Source: the human T2T-CHM13v2.0 reference genome, Homo sapiens
DNA: 64,000 bases
Strand: one strand, 5' to 3'
Assembly (NCBI RefSeq): GCF_009914755.1
Contig: NC_060946.1
The notes under the pieces were generated by a model. The model saw only the letters and a list, made by a program, of their open reading frames with translations. It was not told the origin of the DNA and did no database searches. Positions 56,862-64,000 of the stretch are shown in pieces. Numbering within the stretch: position 1 is the first letter of the stretch; the number at the start of each line of letters is the position of its first letter. Made by a program: the position numbers and the translations under genes.

Positions 56862-57413
56862 AAGAGAAAGAAAGAGAAGAAAGAAAGAAAAAAGAAGGAA
56901 GGAAAGAAAGAAAGAAGAAAGAAAAGGAGGAAATGAGAGAAGGAAGGAAGGGATGGAAGGAGGGAGGGAGGAAGGGAGAAAGCGAGAAAAAAGAAAGCAA
57001 GAACACAAGAAAGAAGGAAAGAAAGAAAGGAGGAAGGGAGGAAGGAAAGGAGGAAGAGAGAATGGTAAAAGGGAGGAATGCAGAGAAACAAAGAAAATAA
57101 AGAGGAGAAGGACGGACGGTAAAAGGAGGAAAGGAAAGGAGGGAGGAAGGAAGAAAAGGAGGGAGGGAGGAAGGGAGAAAAAAGAAAGCAAGAAATTGAG
57201 AAAGAATAAAAGAAAAGAAGGGAGGGAGAAAGGAAGGGAGGGAGGAGGGAAGGAAGAAAAAGAGGAAAGAAAGAAGGAAGGAAGGAGAATACAAGAAAGA
57301 AAAGAGAGAAAGGAAAAGAAAAAAGAAAAGGAAAGGAAGAGGAAAAGAAGAAAGTAAGGAAGAAGGCAAGGGAAGGGAAGAGAAGGGAAAGGAAGATGGA
57401 AAGAAGGAAGGAA
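56862..57413 (+). repeat. Polypurine (GA-rich) low-complexity tract
   Basis: About 550 bp of GAAA/GGAA/GGGA units with very few pyrimidines. Confidence 0.92.
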
Positions 57414-57479
57414 GACCGCAAATATTAGAAATTCTGGGTTTGTTAGAGAATACGCCATACTGTTTTTTTTTTTTTTCAC

Positions 57480-58100
57480 TTGAAAGGAAAGAGTATCTGC
57501 CATTGCAGACTGGATGTCTTATTGGTGATATTGTTGTTCTTATCTTCCACATGATTACTGAGTTTGTGCCTAGTCTTTCCATTACTAAGACAAAAGTGTT
57601 GAAGTCTGCAAATATAATTTTGGATTTTTCTAGTTCACCTTTGAATTCTTTCATGTTTTTCCTCATGTATTTGGAAGTTCTGTTGTTAGCTGCATACCCT
57701 AATTAGTAGGATGTTTACATCTTCTTGAGAATTGATTATTATATTATCTATTATCTCTCTTCTCTGATACTGTTTCTTGTTCTGAACTCTGTTGTGTCTA
57801 ATATCAATGTGGTCCTTCCCACAGCTTTATTTTAGTGTTTCCATGATATGGCTTTCTCCATATCTTGAAGATAACCTATTTATATCTCTATATATTTGGA
57901 GCAAGATATAAAATTTAGAGTTGATTTTTTAAAGATTTTTCAAGATTTAATTCTTATTTGTTTTTGTTCTATTTGACATTCTCTGAGTTTCCTATATCTG
58001 AAGTTTGATTTTCTGTCACTTTTTTAAGACTATTTTGGCAGTTATTTTGAAAAATATTTCTTTGGCTCCATTATTTTTTCCTCTTTTCCTTTTGGGATTT
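57480..58100 (-). mobile_element. Old L1M fragment (ORF2 start region)
   Basis: Minus ORF ..KSKIIFADFNTFVLVMER.. resembles the L1 endonuclease TIIVGDFNTPLS motif. Confidence 0.6.
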
Positions 58101-58344
58101 CAATTATAACTAGAGTAGGTAATTTCATCTCAGTCTTATGCAGGTACTTTTTCTCAGGGTCTCAGGAATGTAGCCTTCTCACACTTCTGTTCTTTTCCTG
58201 GCTGTGTTGGTGAGCTCAGTGATATTCCTCCTTCACCTTCAAGAACAGTTTTGTTTTGTTTTTCCTGTTTTCATACTCCCAGCATCAGGAGTATTCTAAG
58301 TGTGGCAGTTTTTGTTGCCTTCCCCTGCATATTAAGTGGAATAT

Positions 58345-58625
58345 CTTGGTCTATTTGGACTCTTATAACAAAATAACATATACTGGGTGACTAAAAAACA
58401 ACAGATATTTCTCTTTTCACACTTCTTGAGGCTGTAAGATCTCAGGTCAAGATGCTCACAAATTCAGTGTTGATGAGAGCCCATTTCATGGTTCATACAT
58501 GGTGCCTTCTTTCTATGTCCTCACATAGTGGAAGGCACAGAAGAATTCCACTGAGCTTCTTTTATAAAGGCACTAATCCCATTCATAAGGGCTCGGCCCC
58601 CAAGACCTGGTCACCTCCCAAGTGT
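58345..58625 (-). mobile_element. MLT1A-like LTR fragment
   Basis: TGTCCTCACATAGTGGAAGG..TTTTATAAAGGCACTAATCCCATTCATAAGGGCTC. Confidence 0.75.
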
Positions 58626-59454
58626 TCTGCTCTCCCTGATCTGTATCATAAACAGATTCTCTTGGATTCCTTACCAATTGCTTGAGAGATCGCAGTGGGT
58701 TTGTGGGGGAAAAGTTTTCAAGATGATGGATCTTTCCCAACTTCTGCAGCTGTCAGCGGTCTCCCAATCTCACCAGCCCCACTTTGTCTTTAGGAATTTA
58801 TTGATTATTCCAGCTTTACTTGTCATAGTGGTGTCAATTTGCATCCATCCTATGTAAGTGCATCTGTCCTATTTCTCCTTGCAGGTGCTTGTTTTCCCTC
58901 ACATTTTGACTCAGTTCTTGTTAACCTGGTTGCTATAAAAATAAACTCATGACTTTGAAGTTAGTTGGGTTCTTTCATTGTTGTAAGGTTAGGAGCCCTA
59001 TTCCATCCCAGCTCTCCAAAACCCAGAATTTTTGGGGGGTTGAAATTTTAGTCTTTCTCTTTGAATTGTAGTTTTATCCTATTTCAGTTACAATTTTCAT
59101 TTTCATAATGATTAATGACGCTAAGCTTTTTTTGTGTAGTTGACTCTACCTTTGGATTTTTTTTCCAAATCCCTTTTCATTTCTTTTCTTTATGGTTTTA
59201 GAAAATGTAGTTTACATAATTGCAGCTTGATTTTTTACTCAGTTAATGGCATGCTTAATGGAGAGAAAAAATACTAACTATATTTCCCCTTTTAATTACT
59301 GTGCTTTTTTCTTTTTTAAGGAAATATTTCATTATGTTAAATTTTAGTGTTATTCTATTTAGCTATTCTTTAAATATTATAGTATTTTGGATTTCACATA
59401 TAAGTTTGTTACACATCTTGAGTTTATTATGTATAGAGTAAGGCTGTTTTCTCT

Positions 59455-59900
59455 TTTTTTAAGGTAAAAATCACGTAATATAAAATTAATAACTTAAGCA
59501 TTTTAAAGCATACAACGCAGTTGCTTTTAGTATATTCACAATGTTCCAGGACAATTTCATCATGTCCCTTCTAAAAACCCATTAAGCATAAAGTTGTTAC
59601 ACCCTATTCTGCTTCCCTGAGCCCTAATGACCACTAATCTGATTTATATCCCAATTGATTTGCCAATTCCTGATGTTTCATGTGAATAAAATCAAGTAAT
59701 ATTTGTCCTTTTGTGCACTTAACATAATGCTTTCAAATTTCACCCATATTATACCATGTATAAGTACTTCATTCTTTGTTACAGCTGAAAATTGGGTGTC
59801 CATTTATGAGTCAACAAGCATATGGATTGTTTCCACTTTTTGACTGTATGAATATTACTGCTGTAAATATTCATGCACATGTTTATTTTTTGAGCACCTA
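59455..59900 (-). mobile_element. L1MB/ME 3'-end fragment
   Basis: GGTAAAAATCACGTAATATAAAATT..TTTAGTATATTCACA..GGATTGTTTCCACTTTTTGACT. Confidence 0.65.
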
Positions 59901-59914
59901 GGTTTTGTAAGATT

Positions 59915-61378
<1,464 letters not shown>

Positions 61379-61379
61379 A

Positions 61380-61805
61380 GATATGAGCTAAATTGTTTCC
61401 TCTATATAGATGCTGAAATCCTAACCACTGAATATGACCTCATGAGGAAATAGGTTCTTTGCAGGTGATCAAGTTAAGATAAAATCAGATGAGCCTGAAT
61501 TCAATATAACTGATGTTCTTATAAAAAGAAGAAATTTGAGTAGAGGGAGACATACACACAGGGAGAGTACCATGTGATTATGAGGGCAGAGATTAGCCAA
61601 GGAATGCCAAAGACTTCCACTAAACCACCAGAAGCTAGACACAAGGCATAGAACAGACTTTCTCTCATAGCCCTTGAAGGGACCATCCCTGCTGACACCT
61701 CAAGCTCAGATTTTTAGCTTCCAGGACTATAAGACTATAAATGTATGTTGTTCAAGGCACCCAGTTTGTGTTACTTGGTTATGGCAGCCCTAGAAAACTA
61801 ATACA
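61380..61805 (+). mobile_element. MLT1B-like LTR
   Basis: GCCAAGGAATGCCAAAG..CACCAGAAGCTAG..TTATGGCAGCCCTAGAAAACTAATACA. Confidence 0.85.
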
Positions 61806-61859
61806 TGAACTAATAACAAAGCATAATAACATGAAGCAAAAATTGACAAAAGAGGAGCA

Positions 61860-63400
61860 TCAGCAAAATGGCAGTGGAGACAGCTGCAATCTTTCATTTC
61901 TCCACAGAAACATCACGCAACTAAGAGAAACTGTCCGAATAAACTTTACCAAAACTCTGGAAAATGGTCAAAAGATTACAACAACCGAGTGAAAGCAGAC
62001 TCAAGAAAAAGACAACTGGAAAACTTTATGACATTTTTAACTTGCGTTTGCCCCAGCAAATTGGCAGTTTTGAAGTGTCAGAAGCCCACGTTCCCAGTGA
62101 GGAACCCTGGTCCTTGGTCTAAAGGAACAAGAGAAGATCTTACCCGCAAATTATTATGTGTCTGTTCTGACTGGTCTGGGGGATACCTAAAGGACTAATG
62201 AAAGGCTTTTTTTTTTTTTCTGTGTTGCTAGAATACAGAACAGATAAGGAATGAACATTATTAAGAAACTCTGCAAGGAGACCTAACAAACCACAGACGC
62301 TTAGGGCAAAAATTAGAGTTTACACATATAGTAGATCACCTTCAGCACAGGAAGAAAAGTTGGAGAAGAGTATTTGGAAAACTAAGACATTCAAAATCAT
62401 TCACGTACATGGGAGAGTCTAGAAAGTCACATGTATGCATAGGTTAAGCCACATGCTGGCAAATGTCATAAGAAGACCCTACACTTTTACCTTGGCCGAT
62501 CCCTCCCCTCAGTGCAAGCTCTGTGCAAGAGTGAACTTGAACTTCACTCAGTGCAAGAGTGAACACACACTTTGTGGCGGCTTTAAAGAACCCAGCACAA
62601 AGCCAGTCTACATGGCCTAGAGACATATTTTGCTAGATAATGATTACTTGTTTTTCTTTGTTTTTGTTGTATTTGCCTGTTTGCTTAATTCCTGACATAC
62701 AAGAAAATCACTGTCAAAACATTAGCTTAACATTCGTTAAGGAAATGAAAAGACTTCGGTGACCACACTTTATAAAGCAAACAGTTTTGTACATCACTTT
62801 GGAAAATTTCACTAAAAATAAAAACCTTGAGAATAAGTAAATAAAATTTAAAACCACAAAACATTAGTGTGTTTGTGGGTGGGGGTCTGATTTACAGAGT
62901 AACCATATAGTAATTATAATTATTATAACGTCCAGTTTTCAAAAAAAGTTACAAGGCATACAAAGAATGGGAAAGTATGGCTCATTCAAAGGAACAAAAC
63001 AAACTGACAGAAAATATCTCTAAGGAAACCCAGACTTCAAACTTACTAGACAAAGACTTTAAAACAACTCTCTTCATTATACTCAAATGTCAAAAGGAAA
63101 ACATAAACAAAGAAATCAAGGAATCACAAAAAATATTAAAAAGTAGGAATATCAACAAAGAGATAACAGAAATTCTGGAGTGGAAAACTACAATGTTAAT
63201 AATTCAAAAATCACCAGAGGGATTTCAGAGTATATTTGCACACACAGAAGAAGTCATGAACTTGAAGATAAGAAAATGGAAAATACTGACTCTGAGAAAC
63301 AGAAAGAATAACAAATAAAAAATGAGCAGAGACTAAGGAATCTGTGGGACATCATCAAATAGACCATCATTCATATTCTAGAAGGATAAATTATGTTGTT
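61860..63400 (+). mobile_element. Old L1M 5' region and ORF1 N-terminal remnant
   Basis: ORF 62977-63318 (..LLDKDFKTT..EITEILEWKTTM..) resembles the L1M ORF1p coiled-coil region. Confidence 0.65.
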
Positions 63401-63409
63401 AAAAACTTT

Positions 63410-63560
63410 ACCATTCTTTCTTTCCACCTTTCTTTCTTCCTCCCTCCCCCTCCTCCACCTTTTTACTTTTCTTCCTCTTCCTTTCTCTTCTTTCTCTCCT
63501 TCATTATCCCTTTCGCTCTGTTTCTCCTTCTCCCTCTTTTTTCTTTTCTTTCAATTTTCT
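63410..63560 (+). repeat. CT-rich polypyrimidine tract
   Basis: About 150 bp of nearly pure C/T. Confidence 0.8.
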
Positions 63561-64000
63561 CAATTACTAAGAGATGTTTAAATACCCTTACCATGTTAGT
63601 AGATATGGTTATTTCTCCCTTTAGTTCTCTTTTGAGATTTATAGTCACTCTAAGTAAAGAGATAACCCAAACATAAGCCTCACAAACAGGCTTGCATACC
63701 GTTCTTAATTTGGTCCTGTAATTCTTCATTGCTGTATTAACTTTCTGATGCTTTTAAGGATGTTTTATAACAAATTGTTTAGTTTTCTCCAACGGAATGT
63801 TTATTCTGAGTTATCTAATTCATATTGTAAGTATATAGGGAGTTTAATATAAAATTATTAAACTAATATTTGTGAAAGAATGTATTTGTGCATTTAACAA
63901 ATATGTTAATCCTCAAACAGTTATTGGGCAGCTGAACATACAGCAATAAAAATAACATAATTTTTATGTGTACAATATTTATGGAATAAACTACTGGAAC

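Overview
Human genomic DNA: an AluYb8, an essentially human-specific subfamily, is present along with primate Alu, L1PA, THE1 and MER elements. The window looks like a pericentromeric or acrocentric segmental-duplication mosaic and contains no intact protein-coding gene. It holds two non-processed gene fragments: a NAALAD2-like exon (103-204) and KSR1 exon 1 with about 2.8 kb of probable intron 1 (~33430-36590). It also holds two oppositely oriented GC-rich CAAAAAGCCGCGG / GCTTTTTGC repeat arrays, a 2.2-kb HSat2/HSat3 block, a (GAAAT)n satellite and a full-length but dead L1PA3/4 whose antisense ORF0 is still open, plus many older SINE, LINE, LTR and DNA-transposon fossils. Most long ORFs in the supplied track are artefacts of satellite or low-complexity DNA, or L1 remnants. 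The most interesting signals are: (1) a KSR1 N-terminal (CA1/CC-SAM) microprotein ORF directly behind a CpG-rich repeat array; (2) two long-range inverted homologies; (3) several young retroelements at block junctions that lack or have altered target-site duplications (TSDs), which dates the rearrangements. I cannot establish a new biological system from the sequence alone. Gene and repeat-family names come from recalled consensus sequences, not from a database search.
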